Source of the DNA: Conidiobolus incongruus B7586
Taxonomy: Eukaryota
Direction of reading: 5' to 3'
Length of the DNA: 41,603 nucleotides
Assembly: GCA_000697335.1 (NCBI GenBank)
Contig: JNEM01012248.1
Coordinates: 1 to 41,603 of the forward strand
Under the pieces are notes generated by a model that was given only the letters and a program-made list of their open reading frames with translations, did no database searches and was not told where the DNA came from. The translations under genes and the position numbers were made by a program. Positions 12,814-24,457 of this stretch are shown in pieces; the stretch's first letter is position 1, and each line of letters begins with the position of its first letter.

Positions 12814-14618
12814 AAAGAATAGTAAATTTATTAAATGGTCATAACTCTCTTAAATCTATTTTCATCAGGAATTTGAGTTCTATTATTGAAGTGTTGGTCA
12901 TTGATGTAAATATTTTGAGGATTTCTACAGTATTTGTCTTCTAACATCGACATATTTCCCCAATCAGCACATTCTAATTGCTCATGACCTTCATACTTGC
13001 AGTACACAGGCTTGACATCAACTTCCAAATCTCCTTTCTTAATCTTGTTGAATGAATACATTGTAAGCTTATCTTTTTCTCCTTCAGCTGAGAAGCACAA
13101 CTCACCATTATAGCATTGATAAACATGGCTCAATACAACATTCTCGAAAACTTGGTTAATATGGTCAATATCTTGATTGTAGTCTCCCAAGGATTTAGTT
13201 CGACAGTGTAAAACGGCAATTGGATTTTCAAAGGAGCGTTTAATAATTTTCTCGGACTTGAGCCAAGCAATGGTAGCAAAGACGGCAAGTGTTCCAGGAA
13301 CTACGACTACTGCGGCCCATCCGAATATGGTCATACCAGCAGCTGCAGTTAATCCGGTTGTTGCTAATGGAATTGCGACTTGAACAGGCATTCTTGAGTT
13401 TCAATGATTTAATTGGAATTATCAATATTATTGAATTGATTGTAGAATATAATAATTGTTGACCTCATATTTATATTCAGTAGATTGCCTACGCTGTCTA
13501 AACTCTTTTCACGAGATTCGATAAAGGATAACACAATTGACACAGCTCGGACAAAAGGAATTCAACATATATCAATTGGTGTAAGTGAAAACTTCAATCA
13601 GCTCGGATCTTAACATCTACTTTCAATATCTAAACAATTTAAGAAGGATTGTAGCAAATAAGACAGAGTATTTCAATACAACACTAACTCAAAGTGATTT
13701 TTATAATCAATCAACTTATATTTATTTGATATCATCTCTTGTATTATCCAAAGTCCATACATTCAAACTTATAGATAGTTGACATAGTTACAGAACATTG
13801 ATTGTAATAATTAGTCTAATTGAAATATACTGATGACATATCCACAGTGAACTAATTTCTAACTGTATGGTATATAACTGCATAAATTCAATTGACTGCA
13901 ATCTATCTGTCAAACTTGCATCAAGTTACTTGTCTTATCGATTTGATCAAATTTCCAATAGTTAAGCTTTGCTAATACAGAAATGATCATGGTTACAGTT
14001 GAACAGGATAACTTTTAGACTTTGATCATTTGTACAACGAAGGGAGTTAAAATCAAGTTTTATCAGAGTTGTGACATTTACTAGTCTATTTACATTCCAA
14101 ATGGTAATTTCTAAATTTGTCTTCCACACCAAATATCATATGAAAGTGCTTTTGATGGATGACTTCATGTTGAATACAAAACATATTAATTTGTTGATAA
14201 TGAGATTATTTTCATATTTGATGTAACTAGACTGGGTTAGTATATTGAGTGCTATACTAATATTTCAACAATCACTATATCATAATGTTTGAATTTTACT
14301 CTTTATTATTCAACCTAACACTTAATGTACCATATTCAATAGTTCATAAAATCCAAATATTTAATATTTATGAAAATGGAATTTGATGTCATTCATTATG
14401 ACTCATTGCTTTAATAACGCACTGGTCATTTTGAAAACTTTAACATTGTATGTTACAGAATATACCATATTATCATAGTTAGATTGATAGATGACCTTAT
14501 TTAGGTTGAATCCTGTAACTGTTTTCATTTTCTCGTAGATTGAAGTAGATTATCATGCTAAGAGTGGGGTAATTTTGAGATTTTGAGTATTTTTTGCCTA
14601 ATTTTCATCCGATTTGCA
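12814..14618 (-). repeat. Right arm of the 1805-bp inverted duplication
   Basis: Reverse complement of 6945-8749. Confidence 0.97.
12831..13391 (-). CDS. Hypothetical 186-aa protein, second copy (differs only at the last residue, V to I)
   Basis: Translation identical to 8172-8732 except the final residue. Confidence 0.8.
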   Translation of the reverse strand: MPVQVAIPLATTGLTAAAGMTIFGWAAVVVVPGTLAVFATIAWLKSEKIIKRSFENPIAVLHCRTKSLGDYNQDIDHINQVFENVVLSHVYQCYNGELCFSAEGEKDKLTMYSFNKIKKGDLEVDVKPVYCKYEGHEQLECADWGNMSMLEDKYCRNPQNIYINDQHFNNRTQIPDENRFKRVMTI

Positions 14619-16595
14619 CTGTACGTACATTTTGTACAATTCACAATTTTGTTAGTGATAAATTTACAATTTTGAGTTATTGCTCAAATAATTGCACTAA
14701 ATAAATTGAATTTTAATTACATCCTCATTAAATATTAGAATATATTTTTTATTTAATTAATTCAGAACATTTTTTAAGTACATATTCAATAATTTATTCA
14801 ATCTCTAATCAATTATCAAATTTGATTTGTGTAACTTCGTAAAGAATTGCCTGACAAAATTACTTATGAACTATTTGATTGCATAGAGGTGAAACGGTAA
14901 AGTATTCAAGTTTAATTATATGATAAAAGTAAATTATTTAATACATTAACAAAGCTAAAAAACAAATATAAATTTTGACTAATATTAAAGATAAAGAACA
15001 TGAATAAAGTTAATGAATTAAAATAAAGCTTGAATTGGATAAATTGAGTATAAAATATTTAGATCCTAATCAGCTTATATTTAGAGTTTTCTTATATTTT
15101 ACAAGTAAAATATTATATCAGATTAATATCCATAACTGAAAAAATTTAAAGTTTTATTTTAGTGAGTTTGATCTCATGATAGAACCATTGCTGTAAATTT
15201 AAGCTATCAATCACTCCAACCAATAATATCATGTTAATTTACAATATGAGTGATTCTATATTAGTTGTGTCCATTTATTGACAAACCTTTAAATTCAATT
15301 CAATCAAATTGATTAAAATTGCAAATGAGAAAGTCAATTGGATATTATTATAAATATTTTGTTAGTAAATTTTGGTATTAAGTTTTATATAATTATATAT
15401 TATATTAAAAATGTATTTGAAACAAAGCAATCCTATATAATTATTTGATCAGATCAAAAAAGGCAATTCCTTTGGAGAATTAAATAATTTTTGAATATCT
15501 AAAATATTATTAAGCATTACATATTTTTTGTAAAAAATTTTCAACATTGAGAATATTATAAAAAATTTTGTACTGGAATCAATATATGCATCTTAGATAT
15601 ATATGTATATATATTTATATTTGAAATTATATACAAATTTCCAATATAAAATAGCACCGAATATTGATCCAGTTTTAAACCCAACATTTTGTTATGAAAC
15701 TACTAATGTAATAGGACACTTTTTTGTGAATCAAGGAAAAAATATTTAAAACTGGTAATAAATATTATGCCAAATTTAATTTTTAATTGGAACTCAATAT
15801 ATATTTTATTTCAAACTCAATAGAAATTAATAAAAACCACGTTTTATGTATTTTGTGCCCAGATAACTTGCATTTATCTAAAAATTTAATTCAAATATTA
15901 TTGATTTAAATTAAGTGAATTTGTTTATAAATTTTAGATTTTAGTATTGAAAAATGGCTGATTTAATATATAATTTATTTAGTAATTCAAAGATCCATTT
16001 AAACTTTTAAACAGGTATGGATTTTTCAATTTGTATTATACATAAAAATTTCTATCATTTTAAAATTTGTTTCAATTAATTAGCCAATAAGCATCAACTT
16101 AGTTATTTTTCAATTGCATCATATGCTAATAAATAAAATTCATTTCACGATTATAATTCAAAAATGGTGTATAATTAGATACTAAGGAAATAAATTTCAA
16201 ATAATCAATAAAAATTAATGATAATTAATAATAATCAATTTCAAATAAAACACAAGAAACATTTTATTTATTTTTTTGAATAATTATAAATATAATAGAA
16301 TCAAAAAATTATCAAATTCAATAACCATATGGTTAGACTATGAATTAAAATTTTGTCACAAATTGAATTTTTGAATCAAATTCCTTACTATTTTGAGTTA
16401 AAGTAAATGCATAATGGAAACTTTGGGCCAATTAAATATTTATTAAATTGAATTTGAATTTGAGTTTGTAAGAAATATGAATTTTTGATTGAATTTTTCT
16501 ATATTAGATTGAAAGGTGTCGGACGAAGTATAGTACAGCCCCATCCTTAATTATATTGAATTAAGAATAGTTTTAAGCATTTCAACTTGATTTAA

Positions 16596-16604
16596 TATAA
16601 ATAT
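16596..16604 (+). promoter_or_regulatory. Candidate TATA box (TATAAATAT)
   Basis: 72 bp upstream of the ATG at 16668; positionally conserved in the paralog. Confidence 0.45.
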
Positions 16605-16667
16605 GCTGAATGATATGAAAAACATTCTCTTAATCTAAAAAAATCCATTAAATTAAAATACCAAGAT

Positions 16668-18095
16668 ATGGATCAGAATAACGTACAATTGCAAGTATCT
16701 GAAACTGTAACTCTGAATGAAGAAAGAAATAAACCTCAATTATTTGGCTTTATCAATGAGAAGACCCCTAAGTTTATCAATCATTATTCTCATTTGAGCT
16801 CACTTAACCTTAAGCAGAGCAGACAGTTTATTGCAGGTTGGTTTGCCAATATCTTCACTAACTTCGATTATTTCTTGGGATGTTTCATTGCCTTAGAACT
16901 AAAACAGGAATTTGACATTAGTTGGAAAATATTGGCTATTAACATTACTTTGGCCTCTATTTTAAGACTCTTCGGAACTATAATCTTTAGACATCTCACC
17001 CATACAAAGAGCAACAGATTGATTATTGCTGTTACTTTCGTTCTCTTAGCCGTTATGTATACTATTACTTACCAAATTGATACTTTCTATGGATACTCAA
17101 TTGTTAGAGCCATTACCTCTCTTCTCTGCGGTGGTTTAGCTGAAATGGGAACCTTACTCATCGCTCAAGATTTGGAAAATTATAACGTTTATATTTGCTC
17201 AAGTTTCGCAGGATTGGCCGGTGGTATATCATATATGTTAGTTCCATTCTATATTTGGCTCTTCCAGCCAGGATCCGATTGGAGATATCTCTTCCTCATT
17301 GGTGTCATTATTATCCTTGGTGTCGGATTCTTGATGTTATTCACTATGGAAAAAAACTTTGACCAACAATCTTTCAAGCATTGTTTCAGTGAATTGGCTA
17401 AAATTAAGTCTACTAGAAGATCAATTGGACCTATGATGTATACTATTGTTCTCACATGTGCTTGGAACATTATTGCCAGAGGCACTCAAGATATTTACCC
17501 CACTCTCGTTAGAACAACTCCCGGTTTTACTTTCGATTACGCTCAGTTAGCCTCCTTCCTTGCTGGTGCTGGTGCTTTTGTTGGTGGAGCTACTATTGGA
17601 ATTATTACACCTTTCATGGGCTACCAAAGATCTCTCCTCTTTGCTTTAACCTTCTTCTTCGCCAGTTATATGATCGTTAACTATGCTCCCGCATCGCCTC
17701 GACTTACTGCAGGAACAGTTTTCTTTGTACAATTATTCATCCAAGTTGCTTTCAATATCATACCCTATCACATTACTAAGTGCTTCCATCCTGAAGACCG
17801 CGCCATTCTTCCAATATTTGGAACTATGATCGGTATTTTTATTGCAGCATTCTCATTCCAAGCTGAAGTCAGTATTGGTGAAGTAATGCTAGATGTAGAT
17901 GGAAATCCTACCAGTGGTAGAGTTCAATTTTATTTAATGATGGTTGCTAGTGCAGTCTTGCTCTTATGCTCTATTGTTGGTGGATGGAATGTCTACTCCG
18001 ACGCTCCATGCATTACTGCCAACGCGATTAAATCTGATACTTCCGAACCTCAGGAAGCCATCGATCCTAAATCAGAAGTAGCTACTGAAGTTTAA
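16668..18095 (+). CDS. MFS transporter, Jen1/sialate:H+ symporter-like carboxylate permease, 475 aa
   Basis: About 12 hydrophobic segments. FDYF in TM1, LRLFG..IF in TM2, WRYLF, and NIIARGTQDIYPT resembling the Jen1 TM7 signature NXX[S/T]HX[S/T]QDXXXT. Confidence 0.88.
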   Translation: MDQNNVQLQVSETVTLNEERNKPQLFGFINEKTPKFINHYSHLSSLNLKQSRQFIAGWFANIFTNFDYFLGCFIALELKQEFDISWKILAINITLASILRLFGTIIFRHLTHTKSNRLIIAVTFVLLAVMYTITYQIDTFYGYSIVRAITSLLCGGLAEMGTLLIAQDLENYNVYICSSFAGLAGGISYMLVPFYIWLFQPGSDWRYLFLIGVIIILGVGFLMLFTMEKNFDQQSFKHCFSELAKIKSTRRSIGPMMYTIVLTCAWNIIARGTQDIYPTLVRTTPGFTFDYAQLASFLAGAGAFVGGATIGIITPFMGYQRSLLFALTFFFASYMIVNYAPASPRLTAGTVFFVQLFIQVAFNIIPYHITKCFHPEDRAILPIFGTMIGIFIAAFSFQAEVSIGEVMLDVDGNPTSGRVQFYLMMVASAVLLLCSIVGGWNVYSDAPCITANAIKSDTSEPQEAIDPKSEVATEV

Positions 18096-19719
18096 TCCTT
18101 TTAAATGGAATGGATATTTTCAATTTTTAAACCATACTTTTTTTATATATTTTATGATTTGAATTTTTATTTAGAAATGCACGACTAAACTTTTGATAAA
18201 ATTTAATTTTAACCATTTTTAATTTTTTTATCAATTTTGTTTAGCAATAGAGTATATATCAATAGTCTGCAATTTCCTTATCATTCTGTTGCCATTTTGA
18301 AAACTCTCATCAAATTTATATAATTATATAATTTAATTTAGGTATAGATATATTTTGGAATTGAACTTTAATCATTGATTAAGATTTTAAAGTATATTGG
18401 TATTTTATATTAGATATATCTCATTGCTAGAAACTAAAAACCAGAATTTTTGATATATTTAATTTTAAATCACTATTTTAATAGAGTTTTAGAAGCTAAT
18501 ACTTTCAATGGATATTAATCCCATTCAAATATCTTATAATAGTTTAAAATAATTTAATTATCCAAATTACTGATTATTTAAAATATTATATTTTTACGAT
18601 TCATTTTATAACATCAATATTAATAAATTATTCATAATAAACAGATAATAATAATTTTATAACAGGTTATATTTAATTGGGGTAATTATGATTTTATTTT
18701 AATATATATAAAATCCTAATTTTTGCATTAATTGAGCTCAAAGAAATATGATAGAAACACTTTAGTTTCCAAGATATATATTACTAAATTATTAATAAAT
18801 TTATACTCTACAAACAAGAATAATAGGAAAGATAATAAAAACTATATATGGGGCAAATTAGCATGAATATTGAAAATTAATCTGATTTTAAAGTTGACAC
18901 AGAATTTATAAATATGATCGAATAAAATGTAATATAACCATAAAAATAGTTTAATATATAAGATAGAATTTTATTTTAAAATAATATATGGAGTAATATA
19001 TCTTATTTTGAACTATATTAGTTTTGAATAGTTTATAAAATGAAGTATTAGTTTATATATTTTTGTTCCTTTTCTATTTTTTTATACTTTTTATTATTTT
19101 AAATTCTATAAATAATTAATAAATAAAATATTAAACTTTTGTAACTAAAATGCCATAATAATAGGAATAATTTGTTTATAATAATAATATTATTAAAGTT
19201 TTTCATAATTTTTACAATTCTTAAATTTCAAGTATAATAAAATTTATGATTTTTTAACAATTTCGTTCAAACCTCTAATTTGAATTAATTTTTAATATTC
19301 ATTTATATATATTATCTTTTATATGAGCAAATTTAATGAATATTTAAAAATATTATAATTAAATAGTTACATATAATATATCCATATATATTTAGTTAAA
19401 TACATTTTTAATTATTTACTTTTGAATTTGACAAAATGGAAATAATTTAAAAGATTATATATTTTATATGATACTTATTTTGTTTATAGGTCTGATTTAT
19501 TGGACCATGTATATATAATATTATAATTTTAAAATGAATGTTACCAAATATATTAAATATTTTATTATTGGATTAGGTTAAGATATTAAGGAACTTTTCG
19601 ATTACTAGTTAATAAAGGCTAACATATTAATAAATATTGGTTCTATTTAAAAAAATTAATATTTATTTAGATTATGATATTATAATTACACTCTAATATT
19701 ACTTCAATTCTTATCCCAA

Positions 19720-20590
19720 AACTTACACAGTTTATGGTGAAAGTGTTTGAAATGGATTCGTAACCCTTGCCAAACATGATCCAGCGATTGACAAAATGAT
19801 ACAATATGTATAACGCATGTCTAGTCTGAAACAATGGTTGCTTGAGCAAGATTTCAAAGTATTTTTGAAGAATTTGGGTCCTAAATTCCGGAACATGACA
19901 TGATGGATAAATCCGCTTCTGAGTAGCCCCAATATAATGTTTGTGGATCGATGATTACGGGATTGCATTTGATCTCCTGATAATAGTCGCCGGACCACAA
20001 ACTATGATGTAGTAGACTCGGTTTAATATCGTAAGTTTCTGTAGCTTCACTGTAAAGATCAGTGAAAAGCTTTTAGATCTCAGTTCTAACCCTTCGGAAT
20101 TGTTTGTGTGTATTGTACGATTAATTCAAATCTCCAGATTGTTGTAATTAATCAAGCCTCCAATCTAGACGAAGTATATAGAGATCGAACCAAGAAACTT
20201 GCCAAGTATTGAATTGGAGTGACTGGTCTAAATAATTTTCATAATTCCACCCAAACTGATTAGGATTTTGTTTTTGAAGTTTGGCTAATAATCTTACAAA
20301 TCCTAGTAATAGTTCCCTTGAATAGATCTGAGATTGAAAAATTTCAGGACTAAGATACCAAAGCTAGAATCTTCATTAATTGAATGCAACCTAGGTACAC
20401 GAATACTACCCAATTCCCCCAAGAATTATTAACATCGCCCTCTACTTGGAAACGGATGACTGCATCAGATCTTTGATTAGTCTCCATCTCAGTAATCTTA
20501 GTCCCTGAATCATCACCTGCTAAATTTCCAAAGCTGGCGATATGACTTACAGCTAATGGGTTTTTTAGGAGTGATCCATTTGATTTAATG
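19720..20590 (-). pseudogene. Fructosamine-3-kinase (ketosamine kinase) family pseudogene, near full length
   Basis: Minus-strand fragments SIRVPR, NQFGW, IKPSLLHHSLWSGD, PVIIDP..YWGYSEADLSIM, RHALYILYHFVNRWIMFGKGY follow the FN3K motif order. Frameshifts, stops, and loss of the catalytic HGD. Confidence 0.88.
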
Positions 20591-21019
20591 ATTCCAATTT
20601 GTTAAAATTACAGTTTTTTTGTCTAATTTACATGATTAGTCATATTTTAGCATTTTGATTTGGATCAATTAAATTAGATTAAGTGAGAAATGTGATACTT
20701 TCAAAAAACATATTATTTAAATTTGATTTGAGTTGAAATATGTATCAATTATCAAATTTATCAAAATGTTACGAGAATTGAATTTGGTTATATAAAAATA
20801 TAATGTTTTAAAATATTAATCTATTGTCCTGGCAAAAAGTTTATATACACATCAAATATCAAATAGTACTCATATCTTGAAATTACAAAACTATGTAAAA
20901 TGAAAATTTAGGAAATAATCAAAAATATATTAATTTAAGGTTATTTTGTATTTTATATTAAGTTTTGAAAATAAGGATTATGGTTAAAGAAGTACTGGAA
21001 ATACAATTTAGTAAATTAT

Positions 21020-21290
21020 ATATTAATCCTGCTCTTTAACGTATTGGGTCTGTATGTCTTAAAGTTTACTTACTGTTGAAACATTGTAGCAGAGTATTTA
21101 AAAAAATGAAATCACTTCTATCCTTAGTACATTTGGGTTCAAATAATTCATTCAGTGAGTGACATAGGATTTGGATAAATTCAAATAAGAGCTAAAGAAC
21201 ATCACTTGATTATGGACCAATAAGCCCACTATAACTGGGAGGTAATATGGACTTAACTATCAAATTGATACAGACAGGTATTTTTGAAAT
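21020..21290 (-). repeat. Diverged duplicate of 6300-6490 (unknown gene relic, may extend to ~21657)
   Basis: See 6300-6490. Both give a FIQI..HSL..LF.P peptide in one frame, interrupted by stops. Confidence 0.65.
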
Positions 21291-23434
21291 ACATCAGTTA
21301 TATATCAGAATAATATTTACAATGCCATATCTATTACATTGAAATCTTTTTGGTTTTACTACAACTTTTCAAAATCTTGATTAGCGAAAAATATTTTGTA
21401 TCTGATTGGTAAATAATTTTTTGTAAACCTGATAGATGATTATTGAAGCTGATTAACAATTTTGCACTACTTTGAATTCAAATAACCCGTATTATATCAG
21501 TATATTTTCATTATTACAAATTATTCTCGTAAATTGGTGTTAATCTTGGAAATCCTGTCAAGTTGTCTATTGTATTGAATATTTTTAACAATTTGGACCA
21601 TTTAACAAAATATCGTGCAGATTTCAATAGTTCAAAGTGGTTATTTATTATATCCATTATTATATATAAATATATTAGGGTTTAAAAAATGTCAATTTCC
21701 AATTTCATCTTATATTTTAATGATTTTTATTGGATATGATTCATAATATTTGTTTCCAATAGTGTGTAAATATATATTTAATAGTTATACTTGGTTTTTC
21801 ATATAAAACCAATTTTATATTTTATTCAAAAGTTTGGTACTTAATTCATAACTTGTAATCATAATGACTTTCCATAATGTTTGGAATCGTTATTATGCCC
21901 ATTCAACTATAAAACATGGCAGCCTTAGATCGCGTTCAATGCACCGGATATATAAACAATCCAATTATTCTGTTTTTATAAAATTATTCAATTCATTTAA
22001 GAAATATAAATAACTTATATGAACTAGAATATAGCCAGTGGGAGAGATATTTGTTGCAGAGTGTGAATTTTAACGATCTAAAAATTATGATTTCAATGCA
22101 GTTTACAAAATGTGCTTTACCAATTACAAAATCTTGTAATAGAAAAAATATATGGTTGATTAAAAATATAATAATGTAACTGACGATTAGAAATCTGAAT
22201 CATCAAATTTTTAAACCAAAGTTAATCAATAATTCTATTGGTTGGATTTTTCAATGCTCTTTCTCTATTTTAATACCACCTAAGTAACCATAATGTATTT
22301 AAATTTTCACGCATCACTATTTATATATTTTTACACAAAAGGATATTCATATCAGTTCAATGATATTAATTTTTTCAAAATTTTCCTTCAATTTGGAGTA
22401 AAAATTTCTGATAATATTTAGTAACTTAGTAAGAAAAGTTCAATATAAATATATAATCAAATAAAAATTAAATATAAAAAATTTTATTTTAGTATATCTA
22501 TTAATTATTAAGTATTTGATGTATTTAGTATTTACTTTCAACAGTATTACTGATAAAATAGCAATTAAAGGCTGATCCACAAATTTATTTAGATAATATC
22601 TTCCTAATTCAATTTTATTCTTTATCAATTCTGAATAATAAAATAATTTTAAATAATCTGATTTAATATTATTGAATTATCTAATATTTATAAATTTATA
22701 TCCTGCTTAGCTTATCATTTAAATACCTTATCAGATTCTAACTAATTGGTTACTTATCTTTTAGCCAATCAATAACATTTCAGAATTTATGATATTTAGA
22801 TAAGTAACTATTAAACCATTGTGAATCGATTATTATATTCATTACAACATACTTATAGTATCTAAATAATATTGGTGGTATTAATTTTTTATAAAATTCA
22901 TAACTAGTAAAAAATTTTATTAATCAAAATATTCAAACTAACTCTTATTTCAGTTGCAATCTCATACCGATTGATAGGCAAGGGTTTGGATATATTAAAC
23001 ATTATCGCTATAGTTGTGAAAGATTGAATTTGGAATTTGAATAAAAGGTTAATATTATTTATTCTGTCTATAGTCATACTATAGTAAATATATAAGTATT
23101 CAACGTTAGACGATAGAATAAATGATAATTTGCTAAATTAAATAATATTTTAATCTAGATTTTAAATAACAAGACTTTTTTGAGTTTAAGAATAAACATT
23201 TTAATATAGAGTTTACAAAAATAAATATGTAATATAAAATCAGTAATCTCTATTATTAGAAGCTTTTTGTCAAGTTTTTACCAAAATCTTAAAATTCAAA
23301 AAATATCTTTGCATAAACAAAAATTTTTGAATTTTACAAACTATTTAAATTTATTTGTAATAATTTTTTTTTATAAACTTATTTTTTAATTTCAAATGCA
23401 ATTATAATTGTATAAGTTATAATCTAGTGAATAT

Positions 23435-23834
23435 TGTAAGCACAGTGGTAGTTAAACTAATATAGTGTAGAGGAAGACTTAATATAAAAGTAGTGTGGTG
23501 CAGAACATGGTAATATAATGTGGCTGTAGTGTGCAAGTGTAAACAAAGTTTAATTAAGCTTTAAACTAGGATGAGTCACTAATATATTAAGATTTATATT
23601 AGGTAGTGCCAATATCCTACAATATTAATAGAATATAGTCTCAATCTTAGAAATAGTGTAAAAGTAAAAAATAGTAAGAATTGAGATGAAAAAAGAGAAA
23701 CCTAGTTTATTAGATAATTCAATGCTATTTATACAATTAATTTAACTATATAAGTATAAATTAATCATATAATTTATAGTTAATTGGATTATATAAAAGT
23801 GTATATAAGAATTTAAAGAACTAGTTTCTTAACA
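23435..23834 (-). repeat. 3' LTR (400 bp, TG...CA)
   Basis: Direct repeat of 29021-29420; adjacent purine tract (ctccccta at 23835-23842, taggggag on the minus strand). Confidence 0.95.
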
Positions 23835-23913
23835 CTCCCCTAGTAAGTTTTTTAAAGGAGACACACTCTTTAATTTTTTACAAATAGGTATAATAAGCTA
23901 AAGTATTTTTAAT

Positions 23914-24457
23914 ATTTTCTAGAGGTTCTTATATAGCTTTTTTAATAAGATAACCTATTTATTTTATATAAAAATAAAGCTTATTCCTAATAGATTTAGA
24001 TTTAATTATGTAATCAACATAGTATTTTTCTTCTCTATCTTAATTAATAATTAGATCTAGTTTTGGGGTTTTTAATCAATTAAGAAAAGTGTTAAAATCT
24101 TCAAAGTATGGTTTAATTTTAGATATGTAAAAGGTAGGGTTGATCCTCAAAGTTAAAGGTAATTCCAAGGTAATATTTTTAAAATTTTCTAGAGGTTCTT
24201 ATATAGCTTTTTTAATAAGATAACCTATTTATTTTATATAAAAATAAAGCTTATTCCTAATAGATTTAGATTTAATTATGTAATCAACATAGTATTTTTC
24301 TTCTCTATCTTAATTAATAATTAGATCTAGTTTTGGGGTTTTTAATCAATTAAGAAAAGTGTTAAAATCTTCAAAGTATGGTTTAATTTTAGATATGTAA
24401 AAGGTAGGGTTGATCCTCAAAGTTAAAGGTAATTCCAAGGTAATATTTTTAAAATTT
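23914..24457. repeat. Exact 270-bp tandem duplication over the integrase C-terminus/chromodomain
   Basis: agaggttctt at 23921 and 24191; the two units appear identical. Confidence 0.95.

Noticed and set aside
6945..14618. Inverted arms as TIRs of a foldback/Mutator-like transposon
   Set aside because: No TSD or transposase, and diverged homology runs past the arm ends.
17249..17485. 78-aa minus-strand ORF
   Set aside because: Antisense to the MFS gene.
19667..19998. Two short ORFs as independent genes
   Set aside because: They are frameshifted pieces of the FN3K pseudogene.
21864..22200. GC-elevated patch with a ~49-codon ORF, faintly integrase-like
   Set aside because: No convincing motif.
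22440..22628. 62-aa ORF
   Set aside because: AT-rich, low complexity, no support.
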